Shown: one piece after another, positions 1-10,192 of the stretch | Position numbering within the stretch: position 1 is the stretch's first letter | Layout: every line of letters begins with the position of its first letter | Assembly (NCBI GenBank): GCA_029555085.1 | Contig: JAKPTO010000026.1 | Location: 37,217 to 101,216 of the forward strand | From: a bacterium | Lineage (GTDB): Bacteria > Patescibacteriota > Patescibacteriia > UBA1558 > S5-K13 | Reading direction: 5' to 3' | Length of the DNA stretch: 64,000 nucleotides | The notes under the pieces: model-generated | Database searches by the model: none | Seen by the model: only the letters and a program-made list of their open reading frames with translations | What the model was told of the DNA's origin: nothing | Position numbers and translations under genes: made by a program

Positions 1-1984
1 CAAGTCCTGTTTGATCTGTTAATGCCTTCATAATCTCAATGTCAATTTTTTTAAGTTTATCAATTGGCGCGTATGAGAAAAAATCAATTGAACCGATTAT
101 TTTATTTTCAGAATACATTGGAACAGCTATAGCTGATTTAGCATTTAATTCTTTTTGCATTTTATCAGCTTGATCTTTTGTTATTGCTGGTTTAAACACA
201 TCAAATACTGAACTACTTTTTTCTATATTACCAGAAGTCATTGCTTTTATAGCTAAATTATCTTTATTACTAAAGGATACACTATATTCATGGGGTTTTT
301 TTGGTAAAAATCCTACAACTTTTTTTATATCTTCATCAATTGTCATTGCTCCTATATACATAGCTTTTCCATCCTCGTCTATAAAATTAATTACACCAGC
401 CACAAATCCCATTTCTTTTTTTATACTGGTTGCTATAAATGAAGCAACCTCTTGAAAGTCTAAACTTCTTGTAATAACATTGCTAATTTTTTGTAGCGCT
501 GTTAAGTATTTATTTTTAGTTTCTAAATCTATATTTACTTGTCTCAAACTAAGAGTTGCTCGTTCAACTCTTTCTTGTAAATGAAGGTTAAGGTCTTGAA
601 TTTCATTATATAATTTTGCTTTTTCAAGTGCCATAGCAACTTGTGGTGTTAGAACTGATAATAAACCAATATCTTCTTCAGAAAAAGTATCTCCTGATAA
701 TTTCTTATCAATACAAAGCAATGCTGTTATTTGATTTTCAGAAACAATAGGAGCAATTAATCCTATTTTCATCTTATCTAATCTATCTACAATGGATAAT
801 AATCTTTGTTTTTCAAGGTCATTTTTTTGTTCTCTTGCTAATCTATCTAACTCTTCCACAACTATAATTTGTTTTTTTTCTTGTAAATAATTTATTATCT
901 CATCGTTTTTTGTAAAAAATATATCTCCTGATTCAAAACCCTTATACATTCCTGTTACAGTATTTTGATATAAAAAATTGACATCTCTACATTTTATAGA
1001 TTTTTCAAGCTCCTCGGACAAATCAATAAATAATTTTTTAAGTTCAATTTCTTTTGCTATTATAAATCCTAATTTTTTCAAAACATCCTGATAGTCAATT
1101 TTATCCTTAAAAAATATTTTATCAGTGATTCGCGCAAGAAAACGCTTTAATGGGTCGAATCCCAAAACTATAGCAAAAGAAACAAATACTGAAACAAATA
1201 TTTTAGAAAAACCCTCTGCTTCAAAAAATTGACCAGTAATAAATGTTATTGATGTAAAAGCAAAAGTCACGATACCAACAAGAAGAAAATATAGAATGCT
1301 TTTTGAAACAACAACGCGTATGTCCATAAGACGATACCTAGCTATAGCGTAACCAATTCCCAATATATAAAACATTGTACAAAAAGATCCAAAAGGGTAG
1401 ATATTTATTAATTGTGGAAAAAAATTAGTAACTCCGCCACCAAAACTAATTAATGCCGTTACTAAAACATATATTGCTTGTTGTTTTTTTAACCCACTTA
1501 ATTTTTTATAATTCCTTAAAAGGATATATATCGATAAAAAAACTAAAACACTAAAAAATAATGGAAAAATCGGATAAATAATTCCTGGATCTATCCAATG
1601 TCTAAAACCAAATTTGGGAGAAATCCCCAATTTAAATAACTTTGTAAAACTTAACAAAGATAATACGCACCCGAATGATAAAAAAATCCTAAAAACGATT
1701 TTATTAACTCCTTTATAAATATCTAATAAAACCAGCACAAACAAAAAGAAAAAAATCGGTATATATATAGCACTAAAATCTAAAAGATACTGACAAAATA
1801 ATGCAATATTATATTTTTCAAAAAAAACAACACCAAATAAACCAAAAGACCATACCGATGTTGAGAAACTAACACAGGACCAAGACACATTCAAAAGAGA
1901 TCTCTTGTTTTTTGAAATTACAAAAATACCAATAAATAAACCAAGTATAGATGTAATTAAAGACGATAATCCAAAAAATGACAT
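1..1984 (-). CDS. Membrane sensor protein, N-terminal ~660 aa: multi-TM domain followed by GAF-like domains and a coiled coil. The output domain lies beyond the window edge.
   Basis: Hand translation from the ATG at 1984-1982 (MSFFGLSSLITSILGLFIGIF...) stays open down to base 2. The first ~230 aa form 6-7 hydrophobic helices. Soluble segments that follow resemble GAF folds (...GLIAPIVSENQITALLCIDKK..., ...AVPMYSENKIIGSIDFFSY...). It is absent from the ORF track because its stop is off-window. Confidence 0.6.
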   Translation of the reverse strand, partial: MSFFGLSSLITSILGLFIGIFVISKNKRSLLNVSWSCVSFSTSVWSFGLFGVVFFEKYNIALFCQYLLDFSAIYIPIFFFLFVLVLLDIYKGVNKIVFRIFLSFGCVLSLLSFTKLFKLGISPKFGFRHWIDPGIIYPIFPLFFSVLVFLSIYILLRNYKKLSGLKKQQAIYVLVTALISFGGGVTNFFPQLINIYPFGSFCTMFYILGIGYAIARYRLMDIRVVVSKSILYFLLVGIVTFAFTSITFITGQFFEAEGFSKIFVSVFVSFAIVLGFDPLKRFLARITDKIFFKDKIDYQDVLKKLGFIIAKEIELKKLFIDLSEELEKSIKCRDVNFLYQNTVTGMYKGFESGDIFFTKNDEIINYLQEKKQIIVVEELDRLAREQKNDLEKQRLLSIVDRLDKMKIGLIAPIVSENQITALLCIDKKLSGDTFSEEDIGLLSVLTPQVAMALEKAKLYNEIQDLNLHLQERVERATLSLRQVNIDLETKNKYLTALQKISNVITRSLDFQEVASFIATSIKKEMGFVAGVINFIDEDGKAMYIGAMTIDEDIKKVVGFLPKKPHEYSVSFSNKDNLAIKAMTSGNIEKSSSVFDVFKPAITKDQADKMQKELNAKSAIAVPMYSENKIIGSIDFFSYAPIDKLKKIDIEIMKALTDQTGL

Positions 1985-1988
1985 ATTT

Positions 1989-2645
1989 TTAATTTAATAA
2001 AATTTTATTCAAATTTTTTTGACTAATAATTTTTTCCATATATTTATCTGGATTAACAATGAATGGATTTTCAACAATCGACAACAAATGTAAATCTGAT
2101 AAATGATCGCCATATGCATAGCTCCCACTTAAAGAAAGATTTTTTTCTTTTAAAAATTCAAGTACAGCTTGTTTTTTTTGAACCCCATAAATAACATTTC
2201 CTTCTATTGTTCCAGAATAAAATCCATTATTTTTTTGTAATTTTGTAGCTATGCAAAAATCCATTTCCAAAAAATCTGATATAATTTTAACAAGTGGATA
2301 GATAGATGCTGAAAGTAGAATAGTTATTGCGCCCCTTTCTTTGTGATAATTCAGTATATCAAAAATTTTTTTATAAATTCTTTTCTTAATTTCGGAATTA
2401 AAAAAATCTGTCAATATTTTTTCTAAAGCCACCTCGCTCCAGCCATTAAAAAATTTAAAAACTTTTTCTCTTATTTTTATAACATTTTGCACTAATCCTA
2501 ATTTATAAAAAATAAACCAAATTAATACATAACTATAAAGAAAAAACCCTATTTTCTTGTTTTTAAAAAGGTATTTAATTAAAAATTTTTGAGACTGTCC
2601 CTTTATAACAGTATCATCTAAATCAAAAAACACTACATAGCCCAT
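1989..2645 (-). CDS. HAD-IB family hydrolase/phosphatase
   Basis: 218-aa ORF with HAD motif I FFDLDDTV near the N-terminus and a C-terminal YGDHLSD (GDxxxD-like) motif. Confidence 0.75.
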   Translation of the reverse strand: MGYVVFFDLDDTVIKGQSQKFLIKYLFKNKKIGFFLYSYVLIWFIFYKLGLVQNVIKIREKVFKFFNGWSEVALEKILTDFFNSEIKKRIYKKIFDILNYHKERGAITILLSASIYPLVKIISDFLEMDFCIATKLQKNNGFYSGTIEGNVIYGVQKKQAVLEFLKEKNLSLSGSYAYGDHLSDLHLLSIVENPFIVNPDKYMEKIISQKNLNKILLN

Positions 2646-2652
2646 AAATTAT

Positions 2653-3237
2653 TTAAATTACTAAATTTAATATTTCACTCCTCAATCTCTCAGTTAAATC
2701 ATTTTCATCTAGATCGTTTAAAACAATTTTTTTTCCTATATTAATATCACATTTCTTTAACTTCGGATATTTATCAAATCTAGACATTATTTCAAACGCC
2801 CCTTTTATACCAACTGGTATTATTGGAACATTTACATTTTTAGCAATTCTAACAGCGCCATTATAAAACTTTCCGAGTTTACCATCACTAGATCTAGTGC
2901 CTTCAGGAAATATTCCAATTGCTCTACCTTGCTTTAAATATTCGATTGCTTTATTAAGTGATTCTGATTTATCCTTTGAATTTCTGTCAACTTTTATCTG
3001 CTTTGTAGATTTAACAAGCCAACTCCACTGCCATTTTTGAAAAAATACCTCCCCTGCTAAAAAATATATTCTTCTTGGGCAAACAGCTATAAGAGTAAGA
3101 AAATCAAAATAGCTTGAATGATTTGCACATATTACAAATGGTCCTTTTTTGGGAATATTTTCAATTCCCTTAACACTTCTTACCCAAACCAACCTAATTA
3201 ATGTTCCAATTGTATATTTTAAAATCCAGTAAATCAT
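2653..3237 (-). CDS. plsC: 1-acyl-sn-glycerol-3-phosphate acyltransferase (PlsC family)
   Basis: 194 aa with the H(X)4D acyltransferase motif NHSSYFD and the FPEGTRS motif. Confidence 0.85.
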   Translation of the reverse strand: MIYWILKYTIGTLIRLVWVRSVKGIENIPKKGPFVICANHSSYFDFLTLIAVCPRRIYFLAGEVFFQKWQWSWLVKSTKQIKVDRNSKDKSESLNKAIEYLKQGRAIGIFPEGTRSSDGKLGKFYNGAVRIAKNVNVPIIPVGIKGAFEIMSRFDKYPKLKKCDINIGKKIVLNDLDENDLTERLRSEILNLVI

Positions 3238-5064
3238 TTAATTATAAAAACTTCTTATTATTTTATTAAAATGCTCTATTATGGTTTCTCTTTTTATTTT
3301 TAAAGTTGGTGTAAGCTCATCATGTTTTTCATCAAATTGGCGTGACACAAGATAAAAATGAACAATCTGCTCGTACCTAGAAAAACCTTTTAATAAATTA
3401 TTAATCCTATCCCTATAAAAAATTTGTATTTTATCCAAATTTAAATAACTTTTTTCATTATCAACTGCTATATTATTCAAAGAGCAATATTTTTCTATTT
3501 CCTCAAAGTCCGGAACAATTAATGCTATTAGAAATTTTTCATTATTACCGATAACAATGGATTGATTTATATACTTATCATAATTCAACACTAATTCAAT
3601 ATTTCCAGGCACAACATTTTTCCCAGTTGATAAAACTATTACTTCTTTTTTTCTTCCGATTATATTTAAAAACCCATCTTTATCCAAAAATCCCAAATCC
3701 CCAGTATAAAACCATCCGTCAGTATCTATTACTTTTTCAGTTGATTCTTTATCATTATAATATTCCTTCATTACAGAGCTACCGCGAACTAAAATTTCTT
3801 TATCATTGTTTATTTTTACTTCTAAATTTTCCAACACAAATCCAACTGTTCCAAGTTTGTATTCATTCGTTTTATTTACAGAAATAATTGGCGAAGTTTC
3901 TGTGACCCCATATCCTTCTATTATTTTTATACCGACATCTTCAAAAAATCTAGCAATTCTTTTATCCAAACTTGATCCCCCTGATATTGCTAATCTTAAA
4001 TTCCCTCCAAATATATTTCTAATTTTTCTAAAAACAATCTTGTCTAAAATACCACATAAAATTAGTAAAAAAAAATTTATTTTTTTATTGTGTCTTTTAA
4101 GTGAGTTTAATTTGCTTTGATTTTTTATTGCAAAATAAAATAAATTATTTTTAAACTTTGAGTCACTTCTTAAATTATCATGAATTTTATCAAAAATTTT
4201 CTCAAAAATTCTAGGCACAGAAATAATTACCGTTGGCTTAGCTAGTTTTATATCATCAATAAGTGTTTTTGGGCTTCTGCTATAATATATTGAAACACCT
4301 GAAACTAACGGAAGAAATTGTCCCGCTACCCTCTCTAGTACATGTGACAGTGGTAAAAATGAAAAAAATATATCATTACTACATGTAGGCGTGTATTTTA
4401 AAACATTTTCTATATTGCTCAATATATTATAATTAGTAAGTACGGCGCCTTTTGGCATGTCAGTTGTTCCAGATGTGTATATTATTGTTGTAACAAGATT
4501 TTTATCGTTTATTGGTTCTATCTTTTTATTATTTTCAACTTTTAAAATATCATCAAAATATTTAACATTTTCTTTCTCAACTTTGTCAAAGGATATTATT
4601 TGTAAATCATCTATTAAATGCTCATCAATTCCATAAAAAACATTTAATAATTTGTCGTTTGATATAAAAATTATTTTGGGTTTTGTTTGTGAAATAATGT
4701 AGTCAATATATTTAGTTCCATAAGTTGTATGAATTGGAACTAAAATTAATCCCAAATAATTACAAGCTAAGTCAACAGTAGGCCACTCCCATCTGTTTTC
4801 AGAAAAAATTACAACCTTATCTCCTTTTTGTAATTTATTCTCAACGAAATAAGAAACTAATTTTAGAATATTTTCATTTAAACTTTTATAACTAATTTTT
4901 CTATAATTACCATTTTCTATGTATGCTAAAGCAGTATTACTTGGATATGTAATAACATTTTTTTTAAAATTAAGATATATGGTATTTTGATCCATTAATT
5001 TAGGTGATTTATATTTTAATTGTACCATAATTGGCCTAAAATAAAAAGAAAAAAACGAAGTCAA
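3238..5064 (-). CDS. Long-chain fatty acid-CoA ligase (AMP-binding enzyme)
   Basis: 608 aa with the AMP-binding signature IYTSGTTDMPKGAVLT, then GYGVTETS and YTGDLG motifs. Its stop abuts the plsC start. The start is uncertain (M1, M13 or M24). Confidence 0.85.
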   Translation of the reverse strand: MTSFFSFYFRPIMVQLKYKSPKLMDQNTIYLNFKKNVITYPSNTALAYIENGNYRKISYKSLNENILKLVSYFVENKLQKGDKVVIFSENRWEWPTVDLACNYLGLILVPIHTTYGTKYIDYIISQTKPKIIFISNDKLLNVFYGIDEHLIDDLQIISFDKVEKENVKYFDDILKVENNKKIEPINDKNLVTTIIYTSGTTDMPKGAVLTNYNILSNIENVLKYTPTCSNDIFFSFLPLSHVLERVAGQFLPLVSGVSIYYSRSPKTLIDDIKLAKPTVIISVPRIFEKIFDKIHDNLRSDSKFKNNLFYFAIKNQSKLNSLKRHNKKINFFLLILCGILDKIVFRKIRNIFGGNLRLAISGGSSLDKRIARFFEDVGIKIIEGYGVTETSPIISVNKTNEYKLGTVGFVLENLEVKINNDKEILVRGSSVMKEYYNDKESTEKVIDTDGWFYTGDLGFLDKDGFLNIIGRKKEVIVLSTGKNVVPGNIELVLNYDKYINQSIVIGNNEKFLIALIVPDFEEIEKYCSLNNIAVDNEKSYLNLDKIQIFYRDRINNLLKGFSRYEQIVHFYLVSRQFDEKHDELTPTLKIKRETIIEHFNKIIRSFYN

Positions 5065-5091
5065 AATAATGTCCCATTTTTATAAAAAATA

Positions 5092-5589
5092 TTATTCAAA
5101 CCATTGTATTGTATAGCCATTTGGCGCCTCTTTTGTAAAATCTCTATGAGGACAAACACCAAAACCAGTATTATCAAATTTCCTTTCAAATGAAACAATT
5201 TGAAATATTGCAAAAGATTTTTTACATCCGTATTCTCCTTCTTGGAATTTATGATATCTGTAATGAAAATTTTGATTATTTAAGGGATCCGACACATCGG
5301 ATAAAAAAAATTTCTCAATTAAATTTCTAAATAATGTTTTCCTGGCATCTATTGTTTCATAACTAACATCCCACTCATTTTGTGTTTGATTGTCTGGTAA
5401 CTGATCAAACTCTAACTTATATAATTCAATTGCTGTTCTTATTTGTTGCGCATTCTCCATTCTTATCGTGTCTCTAATTTTTTTTTGTTGACTTTTTGTA
5501 TACAATCCAATAATTATTGTTGAACAAAGAATAATTGAAACTAAAATTAAAATATTTAAAATAGATTTTGTGCCTTTCTCTGTTTCCAT
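5092..5589 (-). CDS. Hypothetical membrane-anchored protein with a pilin-like helical segment
   Basis: 165 aa with one N-terminal TM helix. The segment RDTIRMENAQQIRTAIELYKLEFDQLP resembles the pseudopilin alpha-1C region, but no G/FTLIE prepilin cleavage motif is present. Confidence 0.5.
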   Translation of the reverse strand: METEKGTKSILNILILVSIILCSTIIIGLYTKSQQKKIRDTIRMENAQQIRTAIELYKLEFDQLPDNQTQNEWDVSYETIDARKTLFRNLIEKFFLSDVSDPLNNQNFHYRYHKFQEGEYGCKKSFAIFQIVSFERKFDNTGFGVCPHRDFTKEAPNGYTIQWFE

Positions 5590-5637
5590 TAAATTTCCAA
5601 ATAAATACTTATATATAAATTATATAATTTTTTCAAT

Positions 5638-5667
5638 AAAAAAACCACCCTAAACTAAGTAGAGTGA
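5638..5667 (-). terminator. Rho-independent terminator downstream of rplY
   Basis: On the minus strand: CACTCTA-loop-TAGGGTG, a 7-bp stem with one G-U pair, followed by a T-run. Confidence 0.5.
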
Positions 5668-5678
5668 TTTTTATAAAA

Positions 5679-6341
5679 TTATTTTTGTGATTCTTCTTTT
5701 GTTTCCTCTGGTTCTTTGGTTTTTTCAGTTGTCTCTGGTGTTTCTGATTTTTCTTCTTCTACTGTCTCTGCCTTAGCTGGTTTCGCTATTACTATTGGTT
5801 GGTCTCCGTCAGTTAAAATTTCAACTCCGGACGGAACTTCTAAATCTGAAACTAAAATCATATCATTATAATTTTCAAGTTTAGATATATCTACTTCAAT
5901 TGATGAAATAATTTGACTTGCGAGACATTCAATTTCAATACGATCCATTGCTTTCACAAGAATCGCTCCTAGTTCTTTTACGGCTTTTGATTCGCCTGAA
6001 AAATTAATTGGGATTTCAACTGTCAATTTATTTTTTGCATCAAATCTATACAAATCAGCATGAATTATTGATCCAGTGATATGATCTTTGGCTATATCAT
6101 GTATAATTACTGGGATTTTTTTGTCTTCAAATTCTAAATTTAAAACCTGTGACTCACCCGTGGTATTAAAAATTTTCATAAACTCAGAATAAGAAACCTG
6201 CAAATTTAAATTTTCATGCTTTGGACCATAAACAACAACAGGTAAATACCCAGACGCTATGAGATTTTTCGCGCTTAAGCCACCAAAATTTTCTCTTTTT
6301 TGCGCTTTTAAGATTAATTCTGTCATTTTTTTAGCTTTCAA
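5679..6341 (-). CDS. rplY: 50S ribosomal protein L25 / general stress protein Ctc
   Basis: 220 aa. The N-terminus LKAQKRENFG...GYLPVVVYG is typical of L25/Ctc, and the C-terminal tail is acidic and Lys/Glu-rich. Confidence 0.9.
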   Translation of the reverse strand: MKAKKMTELILKAQKRENFGGLSAKNLIASGYLPVVVYGPKHENLNLQVSYSEFMKIFNTTGESQVLNLEFEDKKIPVIIHDIAKDHITGSIIHADLYRFDAKNKLTVEIPINFSGESKAVKELGAILVKAMDRIEIECLASQIISSIEVDISKLENYNDMILVSDLEVPSGVEILTDGDQPIVIAKPAKAETVEEEKSETPETTEKTKEPEETKEESQK

Positions 6342-6459
6342 GGTTTCGACTTTCAGCTTTCAATTAGCTAAAAACAAAACTCTAACTTAATTATTATAAT
6401 TATCTCATTATAAAACAAGACAAAATTTATGTCAATAATAAATTGTAAGTTAAAAAATT

Positions 6460-7560
6460 TTACAATACACCTTTTTCTATATTTTTCCTTATAATTCTCA
6501 TTAATTCCAAATAAAATTCTATATTATTTAAAGTTCCAAGTCTCATGGCTAAAGCATCTTCCACTTTAAACAAGTGATGTAAGTAAGATTTAGAATATAA
6601 TTTCAACTCATCAATATTTGAATTTTTATTTATAGCGGATTTATCTTTTTTGAATTCAGCATTTGTTATGTTTATAGTTTTATAAAATTTTCCTCTCAAA
6701 TTCTTATTTGTAAAATAATACAATCTTCCATGACGCGCTTCGCGTGTTGGAATTACACAATCAAACATATCTACTCCATTTTTAACAGCAGTTAAAATAT
6801 TATCAGGATAACCAACTCCCATTAAATATCTAGGACTTTTTTCTGGGAGCTTGTCTTTTAAAAATTTTAAAATTCCATACATTTCTTTATTTGTTTCACC
6901 AACAGCGAGTCCACCTATTGCATATCCATCAAATCCTATTTTCATAAGATCGTCTAAACTTTTTTTTCTTAAATCTTTATTTAGTGCTCCCTGAACAATG
7001 CCAAATAATAAATTTTTATTTTTAGGATCAAACTTTTTCTTGGACTCTTTACACTTTTTAGCCCAAATATTTGTTATATTAAGCGCTTTTTCTGTTGTTT
7101 GATAATCTGATTTTGAATCAATACACACATCTAATACCATTTGAATATCTGAATCCAAAACACTTTGAATTTTCATAACTTTTTCTGGAGTAAATAAATG
7201 ATTTGACCCGTCATAGGTTGATTTAAAATTAACACCTTCATTAGTAATTTTTCTAATTTTAGAAAGTGAAAAAACTTGAAAACCGCCAGAATCAGTAAGT
7301 ATTGGTTTTTTGTAATTTATAAAATTATTTAGAGATCCAAACTTTTTTATAACTTCTAATCCTGGTTTTAAATATAAATGATATGTATTTGCTAAAATTA
7401 TATCTGGATTTAATTTTTCTATGTCAGAAAAACTGAGCGACTTTATAACTCCACGAGTTGCTATTGGCATAAAAAATGGGGTATCTATTCTACCCAATTT
7501 TGTTTTTAAAATTCCAATTCTCGCACTGGATATTTTTGATTTTTTTAGTATTTTAAACAT
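6460..7560 (-). CDS. tgt: tRNA-guanine transglycosylase (queuine tRNA-ribosyltransferase)
   Basis: 366 aa with LTDSGGFQVFSL, GVGYP and MFDCVIPTR motifs. Confidence 0.93.
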   Translation of the reverse strand: MFKILKKSKISSARIGILKTKLGRIDTPFFMPIATRGVIKSLSFSDIEKLNPDIILANTYHLYLKPGLEVIKKFGSLNNFINYKKPILTDSGGFQVFSLSKIRKITNEGVNFKSTYDGSNHLFTPEKVMKIQSVLDSDIQMVLDVCIDSKSDYQTTEKALNITNIWAKKCKESKKKFDPKNKNLLFGIVQGALNKDLRKKSLDDLMKIGFDGYAIGGLAVGETNKEMYGILKFLKDKLPEKSPRYLMGVGYPDNILTAVKNGVDMFDCVIPTREARHGRLYYFTNKNLRGKFYKTINITNAEFKKDKSAINKNSNIDELKLYSKSYLHHLFKVEDALAMRLGTLNNIEFYLELMRIIRKNIEKGVL

Positions 7561-9555
7561 TTATAAATCAATTACTCTTTCTTTTCCGCTAGCTTTTTTA
7601 TCTCCTACTAATTCTGATGTTAAATAAGGAAAATCTTTACTAATTTTAGCTCCAGAAAATGAATCCATTCCGGAAATATTAGTTTGATTAATTAATGTAA
7701 CTATTTTATCTTTATGATTTTTTTCTGGTGTTAACAATATATTAAATTTCCCTGTATAATCTTTTGACTTTTCTAATGTTTTAATTTGCCAAACAACTTC
7801 TCGTGTTTCAGAATTATAAACCATATTTCCTTTTCCATAAACATTGGCCTCTCCCCAATCGACATTTGGAGGTAAAATTGTTTTCACATAAACATCATTT
7901 AAATCATTAGTTGGGGACTTTATCTGCCAAACAACTTCGTATGTTGTAGTTTCTCCGACAACTGGTGGAAGTGGACCAGAACCAACAGCAAGTCCGTTTT
8001 CATCGTAATATCTAACTTTTGATGACGCTTCTATTGGACTATTTAATTTATTAATTATTGTATTGGATAATACTTCTTTTTCCTCTGAAGATGCATTTTT
8101 ATATTTTAATTTTGCTTCTGATTTAACTAAATAATCTGTACTTCCTATATATTCATCATCAAATTGATGTAATTTAATTGAAATATTTATTTTTCCCTCT
8201 TGATTTTTTGCTAATTTTGCTAAAGATGGTATAGAATTTTTATCCCAAGTTATTGATAAATTATCTTCATTAAAATCTCCATTAAAATTATCTTGTAATG
8301 TTTCTTTGTCTAAATATTTTGAATCCAATTTTAAATTAATTACAATATTAGTTATTGCATCTTCTGAATTATTCTTATAATGTAATTCATATTTTAATTC
8401 ATCTCCCCAGTTCACAACTGCGTCAATTGGATTATTGTTTATGGAAATTTGCAAAGGAACATCAGAAGGAACAGACAATGTATCTTTTGAAACTTTTATA
8501 TATGGAATCCATTCTAAAACTAAATCGTTCTCTAAATTATGCTCAATACTATATAGAGATTTTATTTCAATTATGGCATTAAATGTTGATGTCGTATTAT
8601 TTGCTAAATCTAAAAATCCTGAGACCTTTATTTCACCGGAAGATTTTTTTTGCAAATCTCCCAAATTCCAAGTATTTTCTGATATTTGCTCTAGAGAATC
8701 GGCATTTACTTCGGATACAGAAAAACCACTTGGATATTCAAATCTAATTCTCGCATTTAATAAATTATTATCAGAAATATTTTTATATAAAATCTTATAA
8801 GCAACTCTATTGTTATTTCCAATCTCAGATGGCGAATCAATGCTCAATTCCATTAATGTTTTTTCTATTTTTATTGTGTGACTAACTTTTGTTTCAAAAT
8901 TTGAACTAAAATTTACGGGCTCATAAGCAATCGCGGATTCTATATTAAGCTCATCGTTGGTGTTTCCAATTACCTGAATATCTAAATTAATCTTTCCGTC
9001 TTCACCTGGATCCAAATCTCCTATTTTCCACAAATTAGCTCCTAAATTATCTGGTTCCTTACTTGAAGATACATAATAAACTCCTTCGGGATAATTTATG
9101 CGAAGTTCAACATTTTTCACTTTTACTTGTTCTTTATTTTCATATTTTATTGTGAGTCCAACTTTATGCCCAGAAATTACAGAATCTTCTCCGGAAATTT
9201 CTAACACCACGCCATTTCCACTTAGTGGCTTAAAATTATTAAAAAAATTCCAACCCAAATAACTTACAATAGCAACTGCTAAAAGAATAAAAATAATAAT
9301 CCATAATGATCTCATGCCTTTGTTTTTACCTTTATCAAATGTGGAAATGTTTTTTCTTCTACCCCAAATATTATAAATATCATCAGTGGAACCAACTTTA
9401 TCGTGATTGGGATTTTTTATACCTTTTAATTGCCTTTTAACAGGCATTCTTGGTTCCGCATAACTTTTACGGTTTCTTTTCTCTGAAGAAATTTTTTTTA
9501 TATTTACTCCATCGCCTAAATTTGGTTTTGATTTTGGATTCAATGTTTTTGACAT
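7561..9555 (-). CDS. Membrane-anchored surface protein with DUF11/CARDB-like repeat domains
   Basis: 664 aa. A basic N-terminus is followed by a TM helix (LWIIIFILLAVAIVSYL) and repeated beta-rich modules with IGDLxPGE-type motifs (WKIGDLDPGEDGKINLDIQVIG, WNLGDLQKKSSGEIKVSG). Confidence 0.6.
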   Translation of the reverse strand: MSKTLNPKSKPNLGDGVNIKKISSEKRNRKSYAEPRMPVKRQLKGIKNPNHDKVGSTDDIYNIWGRRKNISTFDKGKNKGMRSLWIIIFILLAVAIVSYLGWNFFNNFKPLSGNGVVLEISGEDSVISGHKVGLTIKYENKEQVKVKNVELRINYPEGVYYVSSSKEPDNLGANLWKIGDLDPGEDGKINLDIQVIGNTNDELNIESAIAYEPVNFSSNFETKVSHTIKIEKTLMELSIDSPSEIGNNNRVAYKILYKNISDNNLLNARIRFEYPSGFSVSEVNADSLEQISENTWNLGDLQKKSSGEIKVSGFLDLANNTTSTFNAIIEIKSLYSIEHNLENDLVLEWIPYIKVSKDTLSVPSDVPLQISINNNPIDAVVNWGDELKYELHYKNNSEDAITNIVINLKLDSKYLDKETLQDNFNGDFNEDNLSITWDKNSIPSLAKLAKNQEGKINISIKLHQFDDEYIGSTDYLVKSEAKLKYKNASSEEKEVLSNTIINKLNSPIEASSKVRYYDENGLAVGSGPLPPVVGETTTYEVVWQIKSPTNDLNDVYVKTILPPNVDWGEANVYGKGNMVYNSETREVVWQIKTLEKSKDYTGKFNILLTPEKNHKDKIVTLINQTNISGMDSFSGAKISKDFPYLTSELVGDKKASGKERVIDL

Positions 9556-9558
9556 TTT

Positions 9559-10182
9559 TTAAAAAGAATTTAATTTTTTTTCTAAAACTTTTTCAAAATA
9601 TGTTTTTATATAATTTAAAATTATCAATTTATCATAGTTTAATTTTAACACTAATTGTCTATTTTTTAAATATGTATTTTCAGTAAAAATATCAATAATT
9701 CTCATTTCTTTCTTATTTAAAGAGATTTTGTTTTTTTCATAAAATCCAAATTTCTTCATAATACACAATAAATAACATATTTCTAAATCTGACTCATTGT
9801 ATAAATTAGAATTTACATCTTTTAAAAACTCAACTGTATTTTTGTAAATATATTTTTCCTGCATATTTTCTGGCAAAAAATTAAGTAAAATTTCTGACAT
9901 TTTATTAAAAGACAAAAATGCTCTAAAATTTTTATTTACATCAAAAGAATTTATAACGCTAACCTGCGCTATTTTATTAATTGTCTTTCCTTGTGATAAC
10001 ATAAAAAGACATAAATTACCGGGCATTAAAAATCCAGATAACTTACTTTTTGGAGATGAAACTGATTTTGCAACAGCACTAATAAGTCCATTTTCAAAAG
10101 TAAAAATACGATAAAATTTATCTTCATCTTTAAAATTTTTCGCATACAGGATTATTCCTTGCGTTATATATTCACTATTCAT
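9559..10182 (-). CDS. recO: DNA repair protein RecO
   Basis: 207 aa. The N-terminal OB-fold region (TQGIILYAKNFKDEDKFYRIFTFENGLISAVAKS) is typical of RecO. Confidence 0.75.
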   Translation of the reverse strand: MNSEYITQGIILYAKNFKDEDKFYRIFTFENGLISAVAKSVSSPKSKLSGFLMPGNLCLFMLSQGKTINKIAQVSVINSFDVNKNFRAFLSFNKMSEILLNFLPENMQEKYIYKNTVEFLKDVNSNLYNESDLEICYLLCIMKKFGFYEKNKISLNKKEMRIIDIFTENTYLKNRQLVLKLNYDKLIILNYIKTYFEKVLEKKLNSF

Positions 10183-10192
10183 TTAGGCCCTA

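Noticed and set aside
3627-4120. Plus-strand ORFs 3627-3887 and 3806-4120. The same class includes 7421-7627, 8355-8800, 9450-9686, 11951-12240, 12809-13015, 14980-15174, 15840-16031 and 19103-19408.
   Set aside because: All lie antisense inside long, well-supported minus-strand genes. Their translations are low-complexity and Leu/Phe/Ile-rich with no motifs, which is typical of chance ORFs in AT-rich DNA.
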